From the NCBI GenBank assembly GCA_038244685.1, contig JBBRTD010000002.1, forward strand, positions 2,924-66,923: 64,000 nucleotides of DNA, read 5' to 3'. The position numbers and the translations under genes were made by a program. Shown here in pieces: positions 27,959 through 36,884 of the stretch. Origin of the DNA: Minisyncoccia bacterium (GTDB lineage Bacteria > Patescibacteriota > Minisyncoccia > Phycocordibacterales > UBA9973). Below the pieces are notes generated by a model. The model was not told the DNA's origin. It ran no database searches and worked only from the letters and a program-made list of their open reading frames with translations. Numbering within the stretch: the stretch's first letter is position 1; each line of letters begins with the position of its first letter.

Positions 27959-29091
27959 TTTTTCGGGATAGAAATAAAGAATGTAGTACCTTTATTTTCT
28001 TCAGATTTAAATGATATTTTATAGTTACTTTGTTCGATTAAATTTTTAACAAAATAAAGCCCGAGTCCTGAACCTTCAGTTTTAATGCTGAATACATTAT
28101 TAGCTCTGAATAGTTTTGTGAATATTTTAGGTTGATCTTTTTTAGGGATGCCGATACCATTATCTTTTATTTTTATAATTACATTCTTTTTGTTTTCTTC
28201 CACTCCAAATATTATTCCGCTACCTTTTGGTGAATATTTAATTGCATTTAGTAACAGGTTTTCTAGAATTATCTTCATAATCTTTCTATCTAAATTAATG
28301 ACAGGGAGATTTTTTTTGTAATCCTTTTTAAGGGAGATCTTTTTGTTTTTTAAATTGGCTTGCACCTCATGAATACTCTTCTCTATTATATCGAATAATT
28401 TAGTTGGTTCTTTGATTATGTGGAATCTGCCCATTTCTATTTGAGAAAAATCTAATATTTTCTCTATCATTTCTGCCATATCTTTTATTTCCATAAATAT
28501 GGTTTTTAAGTACTTCTTATTTTCTTTAGAAACGTCACCGACTATACCTCTTAGGAGCATCTCTGAGGCAAGTGAAATAGTAGAAAGTGGAGTTCTTAGT
28601 TCATGGGCTGCAAGAGAAATAAATTCATTCTTGGCCTTGTCTATTTCTTTTTCTTTTGTTATATCTTTTTCTATTGCTACAAAAAATTGAATCTCGCCGT
28701 TATTATCTAGCATTGGTGAAACTTTTATTTCAGCTTCATATAATTCTCCATTTTTTCTTTGGTTGGTTATTTTTCCGATAAAAATACTCTTTTTTTCTTT
28801 TATTGTATTCCAAAAATTTTCATAAAAAATCGATGGCATTTGTTTGCCCCATAGGGTTGGTGTCTTACCTATTATCTCTTCGTTTGTAAAGCCTGTAATC
28901 TTTTCTGAAGATTTATTAGCATATAATATATGTCCATTATTATCTGTGATTATAATGTGTGAAAAATCATTGTCTATAACAGAACGAAGCAATTTTAAAT
29001 CTCCATCTAAATTGTCTAATTTTCCGAAAGTGTCTGGGTTTCTAGATAAAGGTATATTTATAATGTCCTGTTTTATATTAATTTTTTTCAT
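27955..29091 (-). CDS. Cytoplasmic PAS-domain sensor histidine kinase
   Basis: PAS region (HIIITDNNGHILYANKSSEKITGFT), H-box AAHELRTPL, N-box LLNAIKYS, G-boxes DNGIGIP and GSGLGL. No TM segment. Confidence 0.85.
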   Translation of the reverse strand: MKKINIKQDIINIPLSRNPDTFGKLDNLDGDLKLLRSVIDNDFSHIIITDNNGHILYANKSSEKITGFTNEEIIGKTPTLWGKQMPSIFYENFWNTIKEKKSIFIGKITNQRKNGELYEAEIKVSPMLDNNGEIQFFVAIEKDITKEKEIDKAKNEFISLAAHELRTPLSTISLASEMLLRGIVGDVSKENKKYLKTIFMEIKDMAEMIEKILDFSQIEMGRFHIIKEPTKLFDIIEKSIHEVQANLKNKKISLKKDYKKNLPVINLDRKIMKIILENLLLNAIKYSPKGSGIIFGVEENKKNVIIKIKDNGIGIPKKDQPKIFTKLFRANNVFSIKTEGSGLGLYFVKNLIEQSNYKISFKSEENKGTTFFISIPKN

Positions 29092-29236
29092 ACAGATTTA
29101 TTATATTTAACTTATTAATATTAATACTTTAATTAAAAATAATCCATAGCGCTATTAATCTTAAATTTAACTTTGATTGTTATCCTTACTGTCCCAGATG
29201 ATTATATCTTATTAGTTGAATTAAATATTAAAAATT

Positions 29237-30238
29237 ATGGAACAACTAAACGACAGTAAAATTAGTGTCATGGGATTAGTAATAATTACGATTATCGGGG
29301 TAATTTTTATTATTGGTTATTATTTTAAATATTTGAATAATAATCACAAGGAAGTATCTGCATTGATCGTTGATAACTCTGTTGATAAATATTTGTCCTT
29401 AATTTCTACTGAGAATATGCTATCTTCTGTTGGCATTCCAAATGCAACGAATAGTCCATTACTTTGGGGTGCATATGTTGGAGATGGTCAAAATGATTTA
29501 GCTGATTTTGAAAATTTAGTTGGGAAAAAAGTTAACTTGTATGCAGATTTTGAAAGCTGGGAAAATAGTTTTCCTTCGGGGCTTTTTTCTGCCGTTGGTC
29601 AATCTGGTAAAACTCTCATTATTTTCTGGGAACCAAATTTTGGATACGATAAGATAATTAATGGCGATTACGATGATTATATTAAGCAATTTGCTGTTGA
29701 TGCCAAGAAATACTCATACCCAATTATCTTAGTCCCTTTTGATGAAATGAATTTAAATGAAGAAGCTTGGGGTTATGGTCAAAATAATAATACTGCTTCT
29801 AAATTTATTACTGCCTGGAAGCATGTTCATGATTTATTTAAAGATACACCTAATGTAGATTTTGGCTTGGCTTATAATAGTGTTTCTATTCCAAATATTA
29901 AAGGTAATTTGTTTTCTGATTATTATCCAGGGAGTGATTATGTTGATTATATTGGTTTAGATGGTTTCAGTTTTAAAAATTTATGGAAATCATTTAAAGA
30001 TATTTTTGATGATCCAATGAATAAAATATCCTCATATGATAAACCAATAATTATTTTTTCATTAGCTTCTGAAGATAGCTCTCAAAAAGCATCATGGATA
30101 AGTGATGGGCTAGGTCAACATATCAAAACTTATAAAAATATTGCTGGTTGGGTTTGGTTTAATGAGGGAGGAGTGCCCAACTGGCAGGTTAATTCAGATC
30201 AAGAATCACTAAAAGCTTTTAGGTCGATTTTGCCATAA
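29237..30238 (+). CDS. Membrane-anchored glycoside hydrolase, clan GH-A-like (GH26/GH113 mannanase-like fold)
   Basis: N-terminal TM helix. IIFWEPNF motif resembles the strand-4 acid/base segment of clan GH-A. Aromatic-rich (beta/alpha)8-like pattern. The family assignment is tentative. Confidence 0.4.
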   Translation: MEQLNDSKISVMGLVIITIIGVIFIIGYYFKYLNNNHKEVSALIVDNSVDKYLSLISTENMLSSVGIPNATNSPLLWGAYVGDGQNDLADFENLVGKKVNLYADFESWENSFPSGLFSAVGQSGKTLIIFWEPNFGYDKIINGDYDDYIKQFAVDAKKYSYPIILVPFDEMNLNEEAWGYGQNNNTASKFITAWKHVHDLFKDTPNVDFGLAYNSVSIPNIKGNLFSDYYPGSDYVDYIGLDGFSFKNLWKSFKDIFDDPMNKISSYDKPIIIFSLASEDSSQKASWISDGLGQHIKTYKNIAGWVWFNEGGVPNWQVNSDQESLKAFRSILP

Positions 30239-30253
30239 TAAATATATAAAATT

Positions 30254-31276
30254 ATGAAAATATCACTATTAGTTCCGTGTTATAACGAAGAAAAGTCATT
30301 AGAGGCGTCTATTAAGTCCTGCTTAGATCAAACACGCCCCTTCGATGAATTAATATTTGTGAATGATTGCTCAAAGGATAGTTCACCAGAAATATTGTCT
30401 CGTTATTCTGGTTTTATCTATTCGTATAGGACTCCCAAAAACACTGGTAATAAAAGCAGTGCCCAAGAGTATGGCCTACAGTTTATTAATGGAGATATTG
30501 TTGTTATGACAGATGCAGATACTTTGCTTAGTCGGACTTTTGTTGAAGAAATAGAAAAAAGTTTTAGTGATTCACAGGTTGTTGCGGTTGCGGGGCGGGT
30601 TCAAAGTATTTCTTATAATTGGCTAACTTTATGCCGAGCTTATGAATATGCTATCGGACAGAATATTCATAAAGTTGCACAAGGATATATAAACTATATT
30701 TTTGTTATGCCAGGTGCCGCTAGTGCTTTTAGAGTTGATGCTTTCCGTAAAAATATTTCTTTTGATCATGACACTCTAACTGAGGATTTAGATTTCACTT
30801 ATAAATTACATGATCGTAATTTGAAAATTATTTATAATCCAAAAGCTATTTCTTACACTCAAGATCCTGCAGATTTAAAAAACTATATTAATCAGCTCAG
30901 GCGCTGGTTTGGGGGAGGATGGCAAAATTTACTTAAACACTACACCTCTGCTCCTTTGAATTTAATTATGGCATTTGAACTTTCTTTGCTTTATTTTGAA
31001 GGTTTAATCTTTTCTATTTTATTGTTTTTGATAATTATTATTAACACCTGGATGGCCTTAATGTTACTAATCGGATATTTAGGAATTGCGACATTACTTG
31101 GTGTTTGGATGGCCATAAAAGAGAAGAGGTGGACTTTAGCTATTGCTCCTTTCCCTTATATGATTTTAATTTTTATTAATGCTTATATTTATTTAGAACA
31201 ATTTATTAAGGAAGTAATTTTTAGAAGAAGAAATTTAATTTGGTTCAAGCCAGAACGCTTGGACCTAAAACATTAA
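30254..31276 (+). CDS. Processive family-2 glycosyltransferase (IcaA/PgaC/cellulose-synthase-like) with C-terminal TM helices
   Basis: GT-A N-terminus (LVPCYNEE), DAD motif (MTDADT), TED motif (LTEDLDF) and the Q(Q/R)xRW motif QLRRW, followed by 3-4 TM helices. Confidence 0.8.
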   Translation: MKISLLVPCYNEEKSLEASIKSCLDQTRPFDELIFVNDCSKDSSPEILSRYSGFIYSYRTPKNTGNKSSAQEYGLQFINGDIVVMTDADTLLSRTFVEEIEKSFSDSQVVAVAGRVQSISYNWLTLCRAYEYAIGQNIHKVAQGYINYIFVMPGAASAFRVDAFRKNISFDHDTLTEDLDFTYKLHDRNLKIIYNPKAISYTQDPADLKNYINQLRRWFGGGWQNLLKHYTSAPLNLIMAFELSLLYFEGLIFSILLFLIIIINTWMALMLLIGYLGIATLLGVWMAIKEKRWTLAIAPFPYMILIFINAYIYLEQFIKEVIFRRRNLIWFKPERLDLKH

Positions 31277-31280
31277 TTTT

Positions 31281-31550
31281 ATGATGACACCATTTATTGG
31301 GCTTTCGACATTTATTCATATTCTTTTAATTCTTATTTATAGGCTTTTTCACTTGAAACAGGGAAGTCACTTATTTATATATAAACATCGGTCGATTAAG
31401 GCTTTATTAGGATTATTCATTATTTTTGGTATGTTTAGTTTTATTTTTGTTTCCGCAGTTTTTATGTTGCACGCTAGTGTTACAGAAGAACATTCCTCGA
31501 TTCATATTATTGGTAATTATATAAATTCATTTAATTATTATGAGTCGTAG
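31281..31550 (+). CDS. Small 2-TM membrane protein (IcaD/PgaD-like position)
   Basis: 89 aa, two hydrophobic helices, immediately downstream of the GT2 gene. Confidence 0.4.
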   Translation: MMTPFIGLSTFIHILLILIYRLFHLKQGSHLFIYKHRSIKALLGLFIIFGMFSFIFVSAVFMLHASVTEEHSSIHIIGNYINSFNYYES

Positions 31551-31583
31551 AAATATTATAAAAAGATATTAAATATATATTAT

Positions 31584-34130
31584 ATGAAAAACAAAAAATT
31601 TATTTCATTTTTAATTGTTATGTTTGTGTTTATATTTGCAAATGTTTACTCAGTTCGTACTTCTTATGCCTTGGCTCCAATCGATCCACCAAATTTAATT
31701 CAGAATTCATCAGTTGAAGTTGCGAGTGGTGGTAATCCTAGTTTATGGTTACAGTCTGGCTTCGGGGTAAATAACCGTACTTTTTCTTATCCAGTTACTG
31801 GGGTTAGTGGAGGTTCGGCTATTAATGTAAAAATTTCTTCTTATACAAGCGGTGATGCCAAATGGTCTTTCCCTGAAGTTCCAATTTTGTCTAATCGTAG
31901 TTATATTTATACCGATAATTATATGTCTGACATCTCAACAGTTTTGGTCGCTGAGTACTTTGATGCAAGCCATAATCATTTATCTTACGTAGGGTTTATT
32001 CCAGTTCCAGCCTCTCCACTAAATTCTTGGGGGACAAGCAGTACAACATTTATTACTCCTGTCGGAGCTGCTTATATGACGGTATATCATTTAATTAATA
32101 ATGTTGGCTCTTTGACGACGGATAATTTTAGTCTCACGGAAGTGCCATTACCAGAAGCTTTTGATAAGGGTTTTGTTTCTTTGACTTTTGATGATGGTTT
32201 TCTTTCTCAATATCAAAATGCTTTACCAGAATTAAGTGCTGCAAATATTAAAGGGACATTCTATGTGGTCTCTCATGCTATCTCTGGTCTTTCTATTAGT
32301 AATTCATCTTTAGAGGAGGCAGATAGTTCTGCTCTTCCTTTGGACGCTCCGCTAGATTGGACTTTCTCTGGTGGGGTAAATACGATATCTACTTATCCTG
32401 TTGCAGGACATAGCGGGCAAGGGGCTTTCGCTAGTTCATTAGCTATCGACACAAATGCCGCCTGGGCCTTTAAGCCTATCTCTGTTATTAACGACTCTGT
32501 TTATTCTTTTAGTGAGTGGTATAAAAGTACAACTAATTCAGACTTGGTTGCAATAATTAATAAAACAGATGGCTCGACAATACAAGCAGATATAACAGAT
32601 TTAGTAGGGAATACTATCGGTAGCAGTGTCAGCTTACCTTCGACCAATAATGTATGGACTCAGGTTAATGCATATTTCTATGTTCCACTTGATGCCAAAA
32701 GTGTTACGGTGGTGAACCAATTAAAAGGTATTGGTGATTTAGTTATAGATGATGTAACTCTAAGTGAGCCAAATTATATGAATTCCATTCAATTAAAATC
32801 CCTACAAACAGCTGGGCAAGAAATTGGTGGACATACGCAATCACATAAAGATTTACCTTCTATATCTTTAGCTGATGCAGAAAAAGAGGTAAGTGGCGGA
32901 CTTCATGATTTATTAACAAATGGAATAGATCCAGTCTTACCTTTTGATTATCCGTATGGAAATTATAATCAGAATATACAACAAATTGTCGAGAGCTCTG
33001 GTTTTACTTCTGGCCGAACTGTTGCTCCTGGTTTTAACGGTAAAGATACAAATAAATTTGCATTACTTTCTCAGTCAGTAAATGCAGATACACCTCTCTC
33101 TACAGTTGAAGCTTGGATAAATCAGGCAATCAGTGATCACACTTGGCTTATTTTAGTTTTCCATGAAATACAAAGTGATTTAACGAAGGCTCCATTTGGT
33201 ACGACGCCAAGTAATTTACAGTTAATAGTTGATTATATTAAAAATAATAATATTGAAACTCAAACTATTAGTGGAGGTATTAGCTTAATGAATCAAACTT
33301 TGCCGCCAGAAGTTACTTTGAATAGTATTGCTATTACGACACCCGCAACTAAGCTCTCTTACACTGTAGGTGATAGTCTAGACATAGGAGGACTTATTGT
33401 AACGGGAACATATAGTGATAATTCCACAAAAATAGAAACTTTAACATCTAGTAATGTAACCGGTTTTAATAGTGCAGTTCCTGCTGTTGATCAAGTTCTA
33501 ACTATTACAATTGGTGGCAAGACTACAACTTACAAAATAAATATTCTTGCTGTTGTTCCGCCTCCAGTTGTCTTGAATAATATATCTATTACAAATCCAG
33601 CAAGTAAGCTCGTTTATAAGGTAGGTGAATTGCTTGATATTACTGGTCTTGTTATTACAGGAACATATAGTGATAACTCAACTAAGGTTGAAACATTAGG
33701 AACTGAAAGTATAACTGGATTTAATAGTTCAAGTCCTGTAAACAGTCAGATATTAACTATTACAATAAATGGTAAAACTACAACTTACACTGTTAACATA
33801 ATTAAAGATGAAGTTGTGAATAATCATGGGTCATATTCAGGTTCGTTTTTACCAAAGGATTTGAAGCTAGTCATTAAAGACTTGCCAATTGGGAAAGTTC
33901 TTGGTGCTGAAAGTTATAGATTCAATAAAGATTTAAAATTTGGTATGAAGAATGCTAGTGTGAAGGAGTTGCAATCAAAATTTAAAAAAGAAGGTGTTTA
34001 TAAAGGTCCAATTACGGGATACTTCGGAGCCTTAACAAAAGAAGTCGTTAAAAAATACCAACAAAAGAACGAATTACCTCCAACTGGATTTGTCGGACCT
34101 CTAACAAGGGAGATATTGAATACTATATAA
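31584..34130 (+). CDS. Secreted polysaccharide deacetylase (CE4/NodB) with an inserted beta-rich domain, two Ig-like (Big_3-type) repeats and a C-terminal peptidoglycan-binding (PG_binding_1) domain
   Basis: Signal peptide. NodB motifs TFDDG, HTQSHKDL and LPFDYPYG. Two ~85-aa repeats (ITTPATKLSYTVGDSLDIGGLIVTGTYSDNSTKIETL / ITNPASKLVYKVGELLDITGLVITGTYSDNSTKVETL). C-terminus ...SVKELQSKFKKEGVYKGPITGYFGALTKEVVKKYQQKNELPPTGFVGPLT. Confidence 0.8.
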   Translation: MKNKKFISFLIVMFVFIFANVYSVRTSYALAPIDPPNLIQNSSVEVASGGNPSLWLQSGFGVNNRTFSYPVTGVSGGSAINVKISSYTSGDAKWSFPEVPILSNRSYIYTDNYMSDISTVLVAEYFDASHNHLSYVGFIPVPASPLNSWGTSSTTFITPVGAAYMTVYHLINNVGSLTTDNFSLTEVPLPEAFDKGFVSLTFDDGFLSQYQNALPELSAANIKGTFYVVSHAISGLSISNSSLEEADSSALPLDAPLDWTFSGGVNTISTYPVAGHSGQGAFASSLAIDTNAAWAFKPISVINDSVYSFSEWYKSTTNSDLVAIINKTDGSTIQADITDLVGNTIGSSVSLPSTNNVWTQVNAYFYVPLDAKSVTVVNQLKGIGDLVIDDVTLSEPNYMNSIQLKSLQTAGQEIGGHTQSHKDLPSISLADAEKEVSGGLHDLLTNGIDPVLPFDYPYGNYNQNIQQIVESSGFTSGRTVAPGFNGKDTNKFALLSQSVNADTPLSTVEAWINQAISDHTWLILVFHEIQSDLTKAPFGTTPSNLQLIVDYIKNNNIETQTISGGISLMNQTLPPEVTLNSIAITTPATKLSYTVGDSLDIGGLIVTGTYSDNSTKIETLTSSNVTGFNSAVPAVDQVLTITIGGKTTTYKINILAVVPPPVVLNNISITNPASKLVYKVGELLDITGLVITGTYSDNSTKVETLGTESITGFNSSSPVNSQILTITINGKTTTYTVNIIKDEVVNNHGSYSGSFLPKDLKLVIKDLPIGKVLGAESYRFNKDLKFGMKNASVKELQSKFKKEGVYKGPITGYFGALTKEVVKKYQQKNELPPTGFVGPLTREILNTI

Positions 34131-34233
34131 GTGAATCTAATAATTCATATAAACTTTTTATCTCTATTTTAAGAGATCTATATTATGATATTATATAATT
34201 TATAATATAGCTTAAATTATTTTATTCAGTAGA

Positions 34234-34488
34234 ATGAAAACCTTTAGTGAAAAAGTTTATGATGTCGTTCGAAATATTCCCAAAGGGAAGTTTTTGACAT
34301 ACAAAGAAGTTGCCAAGAAGGCAGGAAGTGAGAAGGCTAGTCGGGCAGTTGGAAATATTTTGCATAAAAATTTTGATCCGAAAATTCCATGCCACAGAGT
34401 CATCCGCTCTGATGGTAAATTTGGAGGGTACAATAGGGGGAGTCAAAATAAAAAAGAATTATTAAGGAAGGAAGGAGTAGTTTTTTAA
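34234..34488 (+). CDS. Methylated-DNA-protein-cysteine methyltransferase, C-terminal DNA-binding/active-site domain only (84 aa)
   Basis: PCHRVI active-site motif with a helix-turn-helix context (FLTYKEVAKKAG...RAVGNIL). Confidence 0.75.
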   Translation: MKTFSEKVYDVVRNIPKGKFLTYKEVAKKAGSEKASRAVGNILHKNFDPKIPCHRVIRSDGKFGGYNRGSQNKKELLRKEGVVF

Positions 34489-34495
34489 AATTATC

Positions 34496-34537
34496 TAAAA
34501 TCTGTTATATTCAAATAATGTCACTATCAATCGGAAT
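34496..34537 (+). repeat. Left copy of a 42-bp imperfect direct repeat (40/42 identical to 41948-41989); contains a truncated copy of the ychF start (ATG TCA CTA TCA ATC GGA ATG GCG TGA)
   Basis: taaaatctgttatattcaaATAAtgtcactatcaatcggaat versus taaaatctgttatattcaaCTCAtgtcactatcaatcggaat. Confidence 0.85.
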
Positions 34538-34826
34538 GGCGTGAGCACACCTCGACATGCTATTCCTTTCTTCTTTACCATAAAGCTTCCTCCCATTCAA
34601 AAAAGGGGAATAGATTATGGATTTAGGTCAATAAAAACTATTTTAAAATAAGTATATTTATAGATAGTAGGTTTTTCCTATTTTTTGTGGCAATTTTTCT
34701 GCCCATATTTCGGTCAAATTTTAGAGAGAGGGGGTCACCCCTTCGCTTAGGCCCCCGCCTGTGTTTTTAAAATAAGTAGTGGTACCTGTGTCTAGGGATG
34801 TGTATTTTAAAAGGTTAATTTAATGG

Positions 34827-36884
34827 TTGGAAAATAGCCCTTTTTATGTCATTATTAAGGAATATATGGAATCATCAAAAAATAAAAAGACATCTGTAAA
34901 GTCATTAAAAAGTAATGTTAATGAAAGAGGGTTACGTACTGTGGTAAAAAATCTTCTCAAGCAAGATAAAAGACTTTGGACTTCGGAAGGTAAGTTGATT
35001 GAAAATAAATTGATTGAATTTGTACAAAAAGATGATGAAAATATTATTAAACTTCTATTAAGTGATTCCTTAACAAAAGATGCTTTTTTCCAAAAAATTT
35101 CTTCAATTTTTGTATTTAAAAAAGATGACTTTATTAACTTTGAAACGATGAGTGAGTTTTTGAATGGTTCTTATACTAATTATAGTAAACATATAGGATT
35201 GGCAAATAATTACTCTTTATTAAAAAATGCCGGTGAAGTAGTTCTGAATTTTCCATACAAGGATTGTTTTTTAGAAGGAGGGCAAGAAAAAGTAAGTGAA
35301 GGGAGAGATGAAATATTTTACAATAAAATTCTTGCAAGAGAAGAAATAAATAGACTTGAAGAAGAAAAAGTTTTTACGAACTGGATTAAATATACTGAAA
35401 AAGGGGGGAAAAAGGTGGATTCATTTGACCATAAAAAAGACAATCTTATTTTAAGAGGAAATAATTTATTAGCTTTATATTCATTGCTTCCAAAATATAG
35501 AGGACAAATAAATTTAATTTATATTGACCCACCATACAATACTGGAACAGATGATTTTAATTACAATGATAATTTTAATCATTCTAGTTGGCTAGTATTT
35601 ATGAAGAATAGATTGGAGGTAGCAAAAAAGTTATTAAGAGATGACGGTGTTATTTTTGTTCAGTGTGACGACCACGAACAAGCTTATTTGAAGGTTGTAA
35701 TGGATGAAATTTTTAATGGTGGATTTATAAATAGTATTGCTGTAAAAATGAGTGAGTTGTCTGGGACAAAAATGGCTCATTATGATAAAAAATTACCTAA
35801 AATAAAAGAATATTTATTAGTATATAAAAAAGTAACGTTTAAATTAAGAGATGTTAGAATAATAAAAACTGAGTGGGATGACGAATATAATTTGTATCTC
35901 GAGAATTTTGATGATAATTTATTAGATTTAATTACCGAGTCGGATGAAAATAAAATTGATGAAGTAAATAAAAAACTATTAAATGTAAAAATTTTAGGGA
36001 TAAAAGAAGCATTTAATAAATATAAAAATAAAAATGAAGATTTTGATGATTTTAGATTTAGGAATATAAACTTTATTGTTAGAACATCGCCATCATCCAG
36101 TGTAAAAAAAATTGCTGATATTCTTAATATCAAAAATCAAATTGTTTATGCATTGCTTTCAAAAAGAGACAAAAATATTATTATAATTCGTACAGATTAT
36201 AATAAAGCAGTAAAAGACCCAAGAATACAGATTGTCTTTGCTCGAGATTCTTTTGAACAAAAAATAGGCGATATGTGGACAGATATAAATACTACAGGTT
36301 TACATACTGAGGGGGGAGTTACTTTAGAAGGAGGAAAAAAACCCGAGAAATTACTTAACAGAATTATTGAAATGAGCACAAAAATTGGTGATATTGTTTT
36401 AGATTATCATTTAGGAAGTGGAACGACCTGTGCTGTTGCTCATAAGCTGGGTCGTAAATATATAGGTATTGAGCAATTAGACTATGGAAAAGATGACTCA
36501 GTTATAAGGTTGAACAATGTTATTAAGGGAGACAAATCAGGCATATCAGGGTTAGCTGATTGGAAAGGAGGAGGGTCATTTGTTTATGCTGAACTTGCAC
36601 AATGGAATGAAGAATATATCCAAGAAATAAAGAAAGCCAAAACAGTTAAAGATTTGACTAAAATCTATGAAAAAATGATTAAAGAAGCATTCTTTGTTTA
36701 TACTTTTGACCAATCAAAATGGAATAATAAAAAATTTGAAGAGCTTACAATTGATAACCAAAAGAAAATTCTTTTCGAGCTTCTTAATATGAATCATTTA
36801 TATATAAATTATAAAGATATAGAGGACGCGACTTATAAAATTTCTAAAGAAGATATAAAACTCAATAAAAATTTCTATGAGTAG
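34827..36884 (+). CDS. mod: Type III restriction-modification system methyltransferase (Mod), N6-adenine, beta-class
   Basis: Motif IV IYIDPPYNTG occurs before motif I (DYHLGSGTTCAVAHKLGRKYIGIE), with a target-recognition region in between. The 8-bp overlap with the downstream res gene is typical of Type III mod-res operons. Confidence 0.85.
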   Translation: MENSPFYVIIKEYMESSKNKKTSVKSLKSNVNERGLRTVVKNLLKQDKRLWTSEGKLIENKLIEFVQKDDENIIKLLLSDSLTKDAFFQKISSIFVFKKDDFINFETMSEFLNGSYTNYSKHIGLANNYSLLKNAGEVVLNFPYKDCFLEGGQEKVSEGRDEIFYNKILAREEINRLEEEKVFTNWIKYTEKGGKKVDSFDHKKDNLILRGNNLLALYSLLPKYRGQINLIYIDPPYNTGTDDFNYNDNFNHSSWLVFMKNRLEVAKKLLRDDGVIFVQCDDHEQAYLKVVMDEIFNGGFINSIAVKMSELSGTKMAHYDKKLPKIKEYLLVYKKVTFKLRDVRIIKTEWDDEYNLYLENFDDNLLDLITESDENKIDEVNKKLLNVKILGIKEAFNKYKNKNEDFDDFRFRNINFIVRTSPSSSVKKIADILNIKNQIVYALLSKRDKNIIIIRTDYNKAVKDPRIQIVFARDSFEQKIGDMWTDINTTGLHTEGGVTLEGGKKPEKLLNRIIEMSTKIGDIVLDYHLGSGTTCAVAHKLGRKYIGIEQLDYGKDDSVIRLNNVIKGDKSGISGLADWKGGGSFVYAELAQWNEEYIQEIKKAKTVKDLTKIYEKMIKEAFFVYTFDQSKWNNKKFEELTIDNQKKILFELLNMNHLYINYKDIEDATYKISKEDIKLNKNFYE

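Noticed and set aside
34496-34537. dif/Xer recombination site identity for the 42-bp direct repeat
   Set aside because: There is only a weak resemblance (ATATTcaaATAATGT) to dif cores, with no clear 11-6-11 palindromic arm structure. It is kept only as a speculative link to the FtsK-gamma gene.
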